Assembly (NCBI GenBank): GCA_965247115.1
Contig: CBDFGR010000003.1
Span: forward strand, 2,112,001 to 2,176,000
From: Myxococcota bacterium
GTDB taxonomy: Bacteria; Myxococcota_A; UBA9160; SZUA-336
Length of the DNA: 64,000 nt
Reading direction: 5' to 3'
The notes under the pieces were generated by a model. The model saw only the letters and a program-made list of their open reading frames with translations. It did no database searches and was not told where the DNA came from. Made by a program: the position numbers and the translations under genes. The stretch's first letter is position 1, and the number at the start of each line of letters is the position of its first letter. Below, in pieces: positions 24,434 through 33,553 of this stretch.

Positions 24434-25499
24434 GGTCGGAGACGAACTGCTTCGAGTGACCGACGAGTCCGTCCGCCGGAATCCTGACCCGTCGCTCGGG
24501 ATCCGCGACGGCCTGGCCCACGCGCCACGCGTCGAGGCCGGTGGCCAGGATCGCCGCGAGCGCCTTCTCGCAGTCGGGCTCCGCGACCACCACCGCGAGC
24601 CCCACCCCCATGTTGAAGACCGTTCGCATCTCGGCGCGTTCCACCTCGCCTGTGCGCTCGATGAGCGAGAAGATGCCCGGTGGCTCCGGCAGGTCGGTGA
24701 GCTCGAAGCCGACCGGCGCCTCCACCCGGCGTAGGTTGAGCAGCCCGTCTCCGGACACGTGCGCGATCGCGCGAGGGCGGATGCCGGCCTCTGCGAGCGC
24801 CTGCACCTGCGGCACGTAGATCTGGGTGGGCTTGAGCAGCTCGTCGGCCAGCGTGCAGCCCAGCTCCTCCAGATATTCGTCGAGGCCGAATTTTGCGAAG
24901 AGCGCGCTGCGTGCCAGGGAGAGTCCGTTCGAGTGCACGCCGCTCGACGCCAGCGCGATCACCGGGTCTCCAGGCTCGATGGCGCTGCCGTCGAGGAGCG
25001 AGCCGTCGGGCACCACGCCGACGGCCATGCCCACCAGGTCGAGTCCCTTGCTCGGGGCGAGTCCGCGCAGCAGGTCCGGCACCTGTGCCGTCTCTCCGCC
25101 GACGATGCTCACTCCCGCCTGACGTGCGCCTTCCGCGAGACCGCGCCCGATCTCCGAGAACACGTCGGGATCGGCTTGCGCGCAGGCGATGTAATCGAGC
25201 ATGGCCAGCGGCGTGGCGCCCACGCAGATCAGGTCGTTCACGTTCATGGCCACGCAGTCGATGCCGATGCTGTCGTACCTGCCAGCCAGCTCCGCGACGA
25301 GGACCTTGGTCCCGACCCCGTCCGTGGTGATGGCGAGCTGCACCGGCCCGACCCGGATCACCGCTGCAAAGTGACCCACGCCCACCTCGTTCGGCGCGCC
25401 GAACGCCTGCGTGGGAGACACCTCTAGCAGCAGGCGAGATAGCGCAAGATCCGCCTGGCGCGTGTCGACACCGCTGCGCGCGTACGCGCGAGTGCTCAA
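24429..25499 (-). CDS. purM: Phosphoribosylformylglycinamidine cyclo-ligase (AIR synthase)
   Basis: YARSGVD, TDGVGTK, DCVAMNVND, GGETA, SSGVHSNG, FNMGVG. Confidence 0.95.
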   Translation of the reverse strand: MSTRAYARSGVDTRQADLALSRLLLEVSPTQAFGAPNEVGVGHFAAVIRVGPVQLAITTDGVGTKVLVAELAGRYDSIGIDCVAMNVNDLICVGATPLAMLDYIACAQADPDVFSEIGRGLAEGARQAGVSIVGGETAQVPDLLRGLAPSKGLDLVGMAVGVVPDGSLLDGSAIEPGDPVIALASSGVHSNGLSLARSALFAKFGLDEYLEELGCTLADELLKPTQIYVPQVQALAEAGIRPRAIAHVSGDGLLNLRRVEAPVGFELTDLPEPPGIFSLIERTGEVERAEMRTVFNMGVGLAVVVAEPDCEKALAAILATGLDAWRVGQAVADPERRVRIPADGLVGHSKQFVSDR

Positions 25500-25500
25500 A

Positions 25501-25626
25501 TCAGGGGTAGCGCCGCTCGCCGCGGCTGCGGCGCAGGCGGGCCCGGCGATGCTTGGCCTTGAGCTTGGCCCGGTGTCGTGAGCTGCGCTTGCGGTTGCGG
25601 TGCGGCAGTTTGGTGGACTTCTTCAC
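25501..25626 (-). CDS. Small, extremely basic 41-aa protein of unknown function
   Basis: MKKSTKLPHRNRKRSSRHRAKLKAKHRRARLRRSRGERRYP. GC-rich third positions (AAG, CGC), stop abuts the purM start, extended -10 TGCTATTCT 10 nt upstream. Confidence 0.65.
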   Translation of the reverse strand: MKKSTKLPHRNRKRSSRHRAKLKAKHRRARLRRSRGERRYP

Positions 25627-25660
25627 AGCGCGGAGAAGAATAGCAACAAAGAGCGATCCG

Positions 25661-25999
25661 CTAAAACAGGGGCTCCAGCTTGGCGGCCGTGCCCACCGCG
25701 TGCAGGCGCAACCCGGTGCCATCCTTCTCCTCGTTCTCGGCGAAGGGATCCAGGGTCACCTCGAGTCCAACGACCGCGTTGGCGCCGAGGGTTCGCGCCT
25801 TTTCCCTCAGTGACTCCAGCAGCTCGCGCTCAGCTCGGGTCCAGGCCGCTGTGCGGTCCTCGAGGCTATCGTCGGGTAGAAAGAGCTCCGAGCTGATGGG
25901 CCCGAAGTAGGCAGCTGCTCGAGTTCCGCTCACCCAGGGCGAGGTGTAGAGCTCAACGTCCGACTCAGCCGCGTCCGCTTCCGGCGACGTCTCCGCCAT
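25661..25999 (-). CDS. YbjQ/UPF0145-like (putative heavy-metal-binding) protein
   Basis: LREKARTLGANAVVGL...AVGTA motif. Confidence 0.75.
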   Translation of the reverse strand: MAETSPEADAAESDVELYTSPWVSGTRAAAYFGPISSELFLPDDSLEDRTAAWTRAERELLESLREKARTLGANAVVGLEVTLDPFAENEEKDGTGLRLHAVGTAAKLEPLF

Positions 26000-26121
26000 C
26001 GCACTTGTATCGGCCGCTTCTGCGTGCTTCTGTACGGCAGGTGCGCATATCTGATGGGTCGGCCGCTTGGCCCGTCTCTGGCCCTCCTGTATCTTGGCCG
26101 CCGCTCTGGAGGGAGGCGCAA

Positions 26122-27036
26122 ATGGTCTCGAGCCCCGCAGCCAGAGCCAAATCGCCTGCTACGGCAGCGCTTCTCCTCCTGCTGTCCGCCTCGCTTTCCA
26201 CCTGCGCGCCCAGCCAGGTCGAGCCCGAGCAGGCCTCGACGGAGAGCGTGGCTCCGGTCGTCACCAGGGCGGAACGGGCGATGGAGCGGGGCGATTACGA
26301 CACGGCCATCGCCGGCTATGCAGAGGCACTGGAGCGCACGCCCTGGAACACGCGCCTTTCGACCGCGCTGGTCTCCGCCTATGCGGCCCGGGCCGCGCAC
26401 CCCGCGCAGAGTGGGAGGCCGGGTCTGCAGGCTGCCGAGGCGGATCTGCGGACCGCCCTCTCGATCGCGCCAGACGACCCGTCCGTCCGGCGCAGCCTGG
26501 CCGCCGTCCTGCTCGACCTCTCGTCGCACGAAGAGGATCCGGAGCGCTCTCTGGCGCTGCGGATGGAAGCGCGGCGCCACGCTCCCAAGCTCGAAGCCAG
26601 CACCCCCGTTGTTCAGCTAGCCTTGGAGCGCCGACTCGATCTGGCCTTCGACCTGGTCGAGCGCGGCCAGCTCGACGCGGCCATCGATCGGCTCGAGCAG
26701 CTCCACGGCGAATACCCCGAGAGCGCGAACGTGGCGCGTCTGCTCGCGCAGGTTCGCGTCAAGAAGGGCACGGTGCTCGTCGGTCTTCAGAATCACAGGA
26801 GTGCCGGCGCGCACTTTGACGGGGCCGTAGCGCTGTATGATCAGCTCGGGCCCTGCGATGGCAGCCGCTGTGACGCAGCCGAGCTCAGAACCGCACACCG
26901 GAACCGAGTCATCGCCTGGCTGAGTGCGTACCGCGTGGCGGAGGCGCGGCTCGCGCTGGACGACGCGGAGCGAGCGGGCCTTGTGTTTCCCGACCTGGAC
27001 CAGGAAGTCCGCCGCCTGGAGGTGAGAACGCAGTGA
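26122..27036 (+). CDS. Tetratricopeptide-repeat protein, probable lipoprotein
   Basis: Hydrophobic leader ending in SLSTC; TPR-like helices (GDYDTAIAGYAEALERTPWN); GGAGG RBS. Confidence 0.7.
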   Translation: MVSSPAARAKSPATAALLLLLSASLSTCAPSQVEPEQASTESVAPVVTRAERAMERGDYDTAIAGYAEALERTPWNTRLSTALVSAYAARAAHPAQSGRPGLQAAEADLRTALSIAPDDPSVRRSLAAVLLDLSSHEEDPERSLALRMEARRHAPKLEASTPVVQLALERRLDLAFDLVERGQLDAAIDRLEQLHGEYPESANVARLLAQVRVKKGTVLVGLQNHRSAGAHFDGAVALYDQLGPCDGSRCDAAELRTAHRNRVIAWLSAYRVAEARLALDDAERAGLVFPDLDQEVRRLEVRTQ

Positions 27037-27689
27037 GCACGGTGGTGAAACGCTCGGTCTGGCAAAGGGCGCAGTCCGGCCACCTGGAGAGCTGGCAGGA
27101 GTACGTGCGCCAGGGAGGCCCCCAGGCGCCCGAGCGACGCGAGAGCTGGGTCGCAATCCTGTCCGAAGTCGAGAAGCGCATCCCGATCCGCTCCGGCGAG
27201 AAGATCCTGGACATCGGCTGTGGCCTGGACACGGTCCTCGACTTCGTCGACCGGGACGTGCTCGGCTTTACCGTCGACAGCCTGACCGCCTCACTCGCCC
27301 CTCTCGGTCTGAGTCCGCGCGCCGCGCACACCGCAGGTGCGCTCGAGGGTCTCCCGTTTCGGGATGACGCCTTCGATCGCGTCGTGTTGCTGAACGTGCT
27401 CGACCACGTTCGGGATGCGCGCTCCGGTCTGCGCGAGACTGCCAGGGTCCTGGCACCTGGCGGCAGCCTGGTCCTCTCGGTCGACGTCTACTCCGGTCGC
27501 CGTTACCAGACCAAGCGTCTACACAAATGGTGGGCCCGCGCCCGACGCGCCCAGACCAAGCACCCCTTGGTCTTCTCACTCCGCTCCGTCGAGGCCCTGC
27601 TGCGCAACGCCGGCTTCCACCAGACCGACACTCTCCACGTCCCCGGCACCAAACCCCGCCGCCACCTCTTCATTGCCACACTGCGCTAA
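27033..27689 (+). CDS. Class I SAM-dependent methyltransferase
   Basis: ILDIGCG, LPFRDDAFDRV, LDHV, RVLAPGG. Confidence 0.85.
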   Translation: MSTVVKRSVWQRAQSGHLESWQEYVRQGGPQAPERRESWVAILSEVEKRIPIRSGEKILDIGCGLDTVLDFVDRDVLGFTVDSLTASLAPLGLSPRAAHTAGALEGLPFRDDAFDRVVLLNVLDHVRDARSGLRETARVLAPGGSLVLSVDVYSGRRYQTKRLHKWWARARRAQTKHPLVFSLRSVEALLRNAGFHQTDTLHVPGTKPRRHLFIATLR

Positions 27690-27690
27690 T

Positions 27691-27767
27691 CCGGCGCGGG
27701 CGGCCGCGCCGGCGCGCACTTCGCTCGGCTGCGCCTCGCTGCGCGCCCTGCTTACAGCAGGGCTTGC
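27691..27767 (-). repeat. Three-hairpin REP-like element, copy E
   Basis: Minus strand: CAAG-CCCTGCT(GTA)AGCAGGG-CGCGCAGCGA-GGC(GCA)GCC-GAGCGAAG-...GC hairpin; starts 1 nt after the stop at 27689. Confidence 0.8.
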
Positions 27768-27887
27768 GGCGGGGATGTCTCGAAGACCGGGCCATAACGT
27801 AGGGACGGTCCTTCGTCATAACTTGTTGCGAGCGACGCGACCTCCGACGGTGTGTCAGAGCTGGTAGTCTTCGGTGAGGAGGAAATC

Positions 27888-29531
27888 ATGCCGGTACATG
27901 GAGGGAGGCTCGCTGCGCGGGCGCTGAAGCAGGCGGGAGTCGACTGCATCTTCACGCTGAGTGGTGGGCACGTGATGCCCATCTACGACGGTGCGCTGGA
28001 CGAGGACATCCGGATCATCGACGTGCGGCACGAACAGGCGGCGGTCCACGCAGCCGACGCTTGGAGCAGGCTCAACCCCGGCAGGATCGGTTGCGCCGTC
28101 CTCACCGCGGGTCCCGGCGTCACGGATGGCGTGACGGGTGTTGCGAACGCGTGGCGCGCGAACAGCCCCATCATCGTGATCGGTGGACAGGGACCGTTCA
28201 GCGCGCTGCGCCGCGGCTCGCTGCAGGAGATGGATCACGTCGCAGTCATGCGTCCGATCACCAAGTGGGCGGATGCGTGCTACGAGACGCACCGGATCCC
28301 CGAGTACATCGAGCTCGCGCTGCGCAATGCCGTGTCCGGCGTACCCGGCCCGAGCTTCCTCGAGATCCCGATGGACGTGCTGATGGGTGAGGCGGAGCTC
28401 GATCGGGTGCGCTTCCCGACCTTCCGCACGGTGCCGGCGCCAATGACCCCATCGCGTACCGACCTCGTCGCCGCCCTCGAGCTGCTTGCCCGGGCCAAGC
28501 GACCCGTCGTGATGGCCGGTACGGCCATCAAGTGGTCGAACGGCAGTGCGGCCCTGCGCCGCTTCATTGAAGAGACCGGCCTGCCCACCTTCTGCAACGG
28601 CATGGGCCGGGGGCAGGTCCGCTCCGACGACCCGCAGTTCTTCAACCGCGTGCGCAAGGAAGCGATGGGGAAGTGCGATGTCTTCGTGCTGGCGGGCTCA
28701 CCACTCGACTTCCGGCTGGGCTTTGGCCGCTCCATCCCTGCGGACGCAGAGATCATCCAGCTCGACATGGAGAACTCGTTAATTGGCCAGAACCGCTCGC
28801 CCGACGTGGCCATCGTCGGCAATCTCGGCCTCGCCTTCGAGCGGCTCCTCGAGGTCATGAAGGAGGAGTCGATCCAGCTCGACTTCACCACCTGGCGCGA
28901 CGAGCTGCGCGGCCGCGAGGCGGAGATCGGGGAAGGTTTCGAGGCCCAGCTCAATTCCGACGAATCGCCCGTGGACCCATTGCGCATGGCGCGCGAGATC
29001 CGTGAGTTCATCGACGAGAACACCATCCTGATCGGAGACGGTGGCGACATCGTGGCCCAGTCCTCCAAGGTCATCCCGGTGTACAGGGAGAACTGCTGGA
29101 TGGATCCGGGGCCGTTGGGAACACTGGGCGTGGGCATGCCCTTTGCGCTGGCTGCGAAGGCCTCCTTCCCGGACAGGAAGGTCCTGATCATCTACGGAGA
29201 TGGATCCTTCGGGCTGAACGGCTTCGAGTACGACACGGCGATCCGCCACGACCTGCCCATCGTTGGCATCGTCGGGAACGACGCCGCCTGGGGTCAGATG
29301 CTGCGCCCGCAGGTGGGCCTGTACGGCGCGGAGCGGGTCGTGGCCACGCGCCTGAACTACACGCGGTACGACAAAATCGTCGAGGCGATGGGAGGACACG
29401 GCGAGTACTGCGAGCGGCCGGAAGAGATCCGACCCGCGCTCGAACGCTCCTTTGCTTCGGGCAAGCCGGCACTCATCAATGTGAAGATCCGCCGCGACGA
29501 GGGCGCCATGAAGGGCAGCACCTACGTCTGA
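27888..29531 (+). CDS. ThDP-dependent enzyme, acetolactate synthase-like / 2-hydroxyacyl-CoA lyase clade
   Basis: FTLSGGH, VRHEQAA, TAGPG, SLQEMDH, DPGPLGTLGVG, GDGSFG...VGND; GAGGAGG RBS. Confidence 0.88.
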   Translation: MPVHGGRLAARALKQAGVDCIFTLSGGHVMPIYDGALDEDIRIIDVRHEQAAVHAADAWSRLNPGRIGCAVLTAGPGVTDGVTGVANAWRANSPIIVIGGQGPFSALRRGSLQEMDHVAVMRPITKWADACYETHRIPEYIELALRNAVSGVPGPSFLEIPMDVLMGEAELDRVRFPTFRTVPAPMTPSRTDLVAALELLARAKRPVVMAGTAIKWSNGSAALRRFIEETGLPTFCNGMGRGQVRSDDPQFFNRVRKEAMGKCDVFVLAGSPLDFRLGFGRSIPADAEIIQLDMENSLIGQNRSPDVAIVGNLGLAFERLLEVMKEESIQLDFTTWRDELRGREAEIGEGFEAQLNSDESPVDPLRMAREIREFIDENTILIGDGGDIVAQSSKVIPVYRENCWMDPGPLGTLGVGMPFALAAKASFPDRKVLIIYGDGSFGLNGFEYDTAIRHDLPIVGIVGNDAAWGQMLRPQVGLYGAERVVATRLNYTRYDKIVEAMGGHGEYCERPEEIRPALERSFASGKPALINVKIRRDEGAMKGSTYV

Positions 29532-29631
29532 CGAAGACGGCCTGGCCGCGGACTCGACCGGCGTCCACTTCGGCGGCGCACGGATCGACACGCTCCTCCT
29601 GTGTCAGGGGGAGGTTGCGAGACTCGGACCC

Positions 29632-30087
29632 GTGACAATGGCCGTCGGGCAGGCGCGGCGCTCGCTTCGCACCCGGGACGTGCGCGCGACGCACGTAGTC
29701 TTTGCGCCGCGAATACCACGCCCGCTACTGCTCGGGCTGGCACGGCTCGAGAATTCGAGCGAAGAGCTGATCTGGGTCGAGTACACCGAGACGTGGGACG
29801 TTCCGGCCGGAACCTACCGACGAGCGCCTGGCGCCTGTGAGCGGCGCACGCCAGAAACGATCTGGGCACTGGCCGATGCCTCTGCGGCCCTGCGAGCGCA
29901 CCCTCCGGACCCCCCTCCGCGGGTCGGCCTGGCACTCGACATGCACCTCGCCCTCCCGGCCGGTTCGCGCCGCGAGTTCAGCTTCGCCTACGTCAGGTGC
30001 ACCCCACCCGAGGAGCCCTCTGACCTGGTCCGCGCCTGGCGGGGCGACGTCGCAAGAGAGTTGGTGCGGATTTCAGGGAACGAATAG
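29632..30087 (+). CDS. Hypothetical protein (start uncertain)
   Basis: Fills the gap between convergent genes; frame stays open upstream to the preceding gene's end; no clear RBS. Confidence 0.4.
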   Translation: MTMAVGQARRSLRTRDVRATHVVFAPRIPRPLLLGLARLENSSEELIWVEYTETWDVPAGTYRRAPGACERRTPETIWALADASAALRAHPPDPPPRVGLALDMHLALPAGSRREFSFAYVRCTPPEEPSDLVRAWRGDVARELVRISGNE

Positions 30088-30666
30088 AAGGTCGACTTGA
30101 GTGGGGACGGTGGCCGAGAGCGTCTCGTGGCCGCAGACCGCCTTCAGGACCTGGACCTGGCGCTCCATTCCGAAGTCCGCCGCGTTGAGTAGCAGCGGAC
30201 CCGCGCTCTGCACGCGGAATCCCCCGGACTCGCGCGAGACGCGGATCGGAACCGCCAGCATGAACCGGCTGCCGTGCAGCACCAGGCTTCCCTTCACGGT
30301 CAAACTGAGACTGCCGCCCGCCGGAGGCACCTGGGTGGGGTCGACGTTCTCGAGCTCGAAGCGCGCCAGGGGGAACTTCGTTGCCTCGAAGAAGTGGGTG
30401 AGGATATTCGCGTCGCGCGCTCTATCGCCGGTGGCAAGCGTGGAGACCGCGACCTCCACCCACCCCGTCCCCGTCTCGGGATCAAGCGCGCCGGAGAGCC
30501 CCGTGAACGAGCCGGGTACGGCAACCAGGTCGTTCTTGATGCCGACGAAGTAGATCGAGGACTCGGCGGGGACGAGTCCCAGCTCCACCGCCGGACCGTT
30601 GCTCGCGTAACAGGCGAACACGAGCCAGGTCACAAAGACACCGCTGATTGCGAGGACACGGGCCAT
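30073..30666 (-). CDS. YceI family lipid/polyisoprenoid-binding protein
   Basis: Signal peptide, SSIYF, VPGSF, LATGDRARDANI, FFEATKFPLARF, GSLVLHG, DFGM; coupled to argD (TGATG). Confidence 0.85.
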   Translation of the reverse strand: MARVLAISGVFVTWLVFACYASNGPAVELGLVPAESSIYFVGIKNDLVAVPGSFTGLSGALDPETGTGWVEVAVSTLATGDRARDANILTHFFEATKFPLARFELENVDPTQVPPAGGSLSLTVKGSLVLHGSRFMLAVPIRVSRESGGFRVQSAGPLLLNAADFGMERQVQVLKAVCGHETLSATVPTQVDLLFVP

Positions 30667-31859
30667 CAGCTGCTCCCCACGACGTCTTCGACGATGTCCA
30701 GGGCCGCGTCGAGCTCTGCCTCGGGGATGTTCAACGCAGGGAAGATCCGGATCACGCGGTCCGCTGTCAGGTTGACGAGAACACCGCGTTCGCGGGCGGC
30801 CTGGTGGACGGCCGCTGCGCGCTCGGCGTCGCGCAGGACCAGCCCGATCAACAGCCCGAGTCCCCGTGCCTCTTCGACCTTGTCGCCGTTCCGCTTCGCG
30901 AACTCGGCAAGGCGCGAGAGTGTGCTCTCTCCGAGTCGTGCGGCGCGGTCGACGAGACCTTCCTCCTCGATCACGCGCAGCACCGTCGCGGCGCCACGCG
31001 CGCACAGTGGATTGCCCGCGTAGGTTCCGCCGTGGTCTCCGGGGACGATCGAGCTCATGACCTCCTCCGTTGCCATGAAGACTGCGATCGGCAGCCCGCC
31101 CCCCACACCCTTTCCCATGGTGAGGATGTCCGGCACGACCCCGCTGTGCTCGAGCGCGAGCCAGCGGCCCGTGCGCCCGGCACAGGTCTGGACCTCGTCC
31201 AGGATCAAGAGCACACCTGCCGCGCGGCACGCTCTGGCGAGGCCTTGGATGTAACCCTCCGGCGGGACCACCACGCCGCCCTCACCCTGTATGGGCTCGA
31301 CGATCATCGCGGCCACGTCGTCCCCGATCGCCTGCTCGGCCGCGGCGAGATCTCCGTAGGGAACGAAGCTCGCCTCGTGGATGATGTCGCTCCACGGCTC
31401 GCGGTACTTCGTCTGGCCAAGGCAGCCGAGGACCCCGAGCGTTCTGCCGTGGAAGCTGTTCAACGTCGCGACGAAGCGACTGCGCCCCGTCTTGCGGTGC
31501 GCGAGCTTCAGCGCGCCCTCATTCGCCTCGGCTCCGCTGGAGACGAAGAACGAGCGGTGGATGGGGTCAGGGGTGACGGCGTCGAGCCGCTCGGCGAGCT
31601 CGAGCTGGGGGGAGGTGAACACGATGTTTGTCGTCTGCATCAACGTGCCTGCCTGGTCCGAGATCGCTTCGACCAGCGCTGGATGACAGTGCCCGATCGA
31701 GGTGACGCCCCAGCCCGAGGTGAGATCGGTGAACTCATCGCCCGATACGTCCCACACCTTGGAGCCCTGTCCCCTGACCAGGGCCAGCGGCCAGCGCCGC
31801 ACACCCGGGGCGAAGACCTTGCCCTCCCGTTGAACCAGCGTTTCGTAGTTCTGGGTCAT
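30666..31859 (-). CDS. argD: Class III aminotransferase, acetylornithine aminotransferase-like
   Basis: GHCHP, SGAEANE, SFHGRT, EPIQGEGG, DEVQT, MGKGVGGG, HGGTYAGNP; GGAGG RBS. Confidence 0.85.
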   Translation of the reverse strand: MTQNYETLVQREGKVFAPGVRRWPLALVRGQGSKVWDVSGDEFTDLTSGWGVTSIGHCHPALVEAISDQAGTLMQTTNIVFTSPQLELAERLDAVTPDPIHRSFFVSSGAEANEGALKLAHRKTGRSRFVATLNSFHGRTLGVLGCLGQTKYREPWSDIIHEASFVPYGDLAAAEQAIGDDVAAMIVEPIQGEGGVVVPPEGYIQGLARACRAAGVLLILDEVQTCAGRTGRWLALEHSGVVPDILTMGKGVGGGLPIAVFMATEEVMSSIVPGDHGGTYAGNPLCARGAATVLRVIEEEGLVDRAARLGESTLSRLAEFAKRNGDKVEEARGLGLLIGLVLRDAERAAAVHQAARERGVLVNLTADRVIRIFPALNIPEAELDAALDIVEDVVGSS

Positions 31860-31944
31860 CGTTTCCTCCAAGAAAGTCGAGCACGAGGCTCGCGAAGCAA
31901 GCCGGCGTTTCAAGATACGCGAGATGCCCGGCCCGGGGTAATCG

Positions 31945-32688
31945 CTACGCGATCAGGTCGGACAGCTCGGCGAGGTCCTCGATGATCCAGGTGGGCGCCT
32001 CGCCCTCGTGGGCCTCCAGTCTGCGCTCCGGGTCCTTGACGCGGCGACGGATCCAGGCCGTGCGCATGCCTAGCTTGCTCGCGCCGTTGACGTCGCTCTC
32101 GAGATCGTCGCCCACGTGGACGACCTCTTCGGGAGGGACGTCGAGCTCTGCCAGCAGGGCCTGGAAGATCTCGGGTCGCGGTTTGCGGATGCCGACGGTC
32201 TCCGAGATCGTCACCGCATCGAAGTGGGGGCGCAAGCCGGAGTCCGCGAGCACGCGTTCTGCCGTCGGCGTGTGGCTGAAGTTCGAGCAGACCCCGAGCT
32301 TGAGCTCGCTCCCGAGCTCGGCCAGGACCCGCTCGTGATGCGAGAGGAAGCGCGTCTGCTCGTAGATGCCCCGCATGTGTGTCTCCGTGAGCTCCTCTGC
32401 CAACGCGGAGTCGTCGACGCCGAGCCGTCTGGCAAGCTCCGCGAAGCGGCGGATCGTCGGCAGCTCCAGTCCGCGCGAATACGTGGAGGTTCGCAGCTCG
32501 GAGTCGACGGCGAACAACATCTGGCCGAAGCTCTCGAAGTCGATCGGATGCCTCTGCGCGGTCACCGCGTGCAGCGCCTGGAGGGTGGAGTGGAACTTGC
32601 GACCGCCCACCTCGACCAGGGGCAGGTTGTTCATCGAGAGATCGACGAGGGTGTCGAAGAGGTCGAAGGAGATCGCACGGGTGGGCAC
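31945..32688 (-). CDS. HAD-family hydrolase
   Basis: FDLFDTLVD, CSN, KPRPEIF, HVGDDLESDVNGA; TATGAT lies 7 nt before the GTG at 32688. Confidence 0.85.
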   Translation of the reverse strand: MPTRAISFDLFDTLVDLSMNNLPLVEVGGRKFHSTLQALHAVTAQRHPIDFESFGQMLFAVDSELRTSTYSRGLELPTIRRFAELARRLGVDDSALAEELTETHMRGIYEQTRFLSHHERVLAELGSELKLGVCSNFSHTPTAERVLADSGLRPHFDAVTISETVGIRKPRPEIFQALLAELDVPPEEVVHVGDDLESDVNGASKLGMRTAWIRRRVKDPERRLEAHEGEAPTWIIEDLAELSDLIA

Positions 32689-33520
32689 GCGTCGCATCAT
32701 ACTCGGTGACAACCTGGTGGTCCTGCCGCGCCTGCCCGACGCATCCGTCGACCTGATCTACATCGATCCGCCCTTCAATACTGGCAAGCAGCAGCGTCGT
32801 GCTCGCATTCGCGTCACGCGCGACCCAGCCGGAGAGCGCGGCGGCTTCGGAGCTCGTCGCTACCGCAGCCGTGCGGTCGCGTCCGCCGGATTCGACGACA
32901 GCTTCGATGACTTCTCGCTGTTCCTGGCGCCCCGCCTCGCGGAAGCGTGGCGACTCCTGAAGCCGACGGGGTCGTTCTTTCTGCACGTCGACTACCGCGA
33001 GGTCCACTACTGCAAGGTGCTGCTGGATCAGGTCTTCGGCCGCGATTGCTTCCAGAACGAGATCATCTGGGCCTACGATTTCGGCGGCCGCTCGCGCAGG
33101 CGCTGGCCCGCCAAGCACGACAATCTGCTGTGGTATACGCGCCACCCGAGCGACTACACGTTCAACTACGAGGCGATCGACCGCATCCCGTACATGGCCC
33201 CCGGACTCGTCGGCGCGGAGAAGGCCGCGCGCGGCAAGACCCCCACCGACGTGTGGTGGAACACGATCGTACCGACCAGCGGCCGCGAGAAGACCCGCTA
33301 CACCACGCAGAAGCCACTCGCGATCCTGAACCGGATCGTGAACGTGCACTCGAATCCCGGTGACCTGCTGCTCGACTTCTTTGCTGGCAGCGGAACCCTC
33401 GGCGAGAGCGCCGCCCGCAATGGCCGTGACTTCGTCCTGATCGACTCGAACCCCGAGGCGGTCGAGGTCATGCGGGAGCGGCTGGCCTTCGCGGATCCCG
33501 ATTTCAGCTGCTCGGGGTAA
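32681..33520 (+). CDS. Site-specific DNA methyltransferase (N6-A/N4-C, beta class), no cognate endonuclease adjacent
   Basis: DLIYIDPPF precedes DFFAGSGT; TQKP motif; GTG start after AAGGAG. Confidence 0.9.
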   Translation: MGTRRIILGDNLVVLPRLPDASVDLIYIDPPFNTGKQQRRARIRVTRDPAGERGGFGARRYRSRAVASAGFDDSFDDFSLFLAPRLAEAWRLLKPTGSFFLHVDYREVHYCKVLLDQVFGRDCFQNEIIWAYDFGGRSRRRWPAKHDNLLWYTRHPSDYTFNYEAIDRIPYMAPGLVGAEKAARGKTPTDVWWNTIVPTSGREKTRYTTQKPLAILNRIVNVHSNPGDLLLDFFAGSGTLGESAARNGRDFVLIDSNPEAVEVMRERLAFADPDFSCSG

Positions 33521-33553
33521 GGCGTTCTCAGCCGTGCTAGCATCTGTCCACGC

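Noticed and set aside
30073..31230. 385-aa version of the YceI ORF
   Set aside because: The extension overlaps argD; the signal peptide begins at ATG 30666.
32681..33520. Restriction-modification or defence island
   Set aside because: Neighbours are metabolic genes, with no endonuclease, specificity subunit or compositional anomaly.
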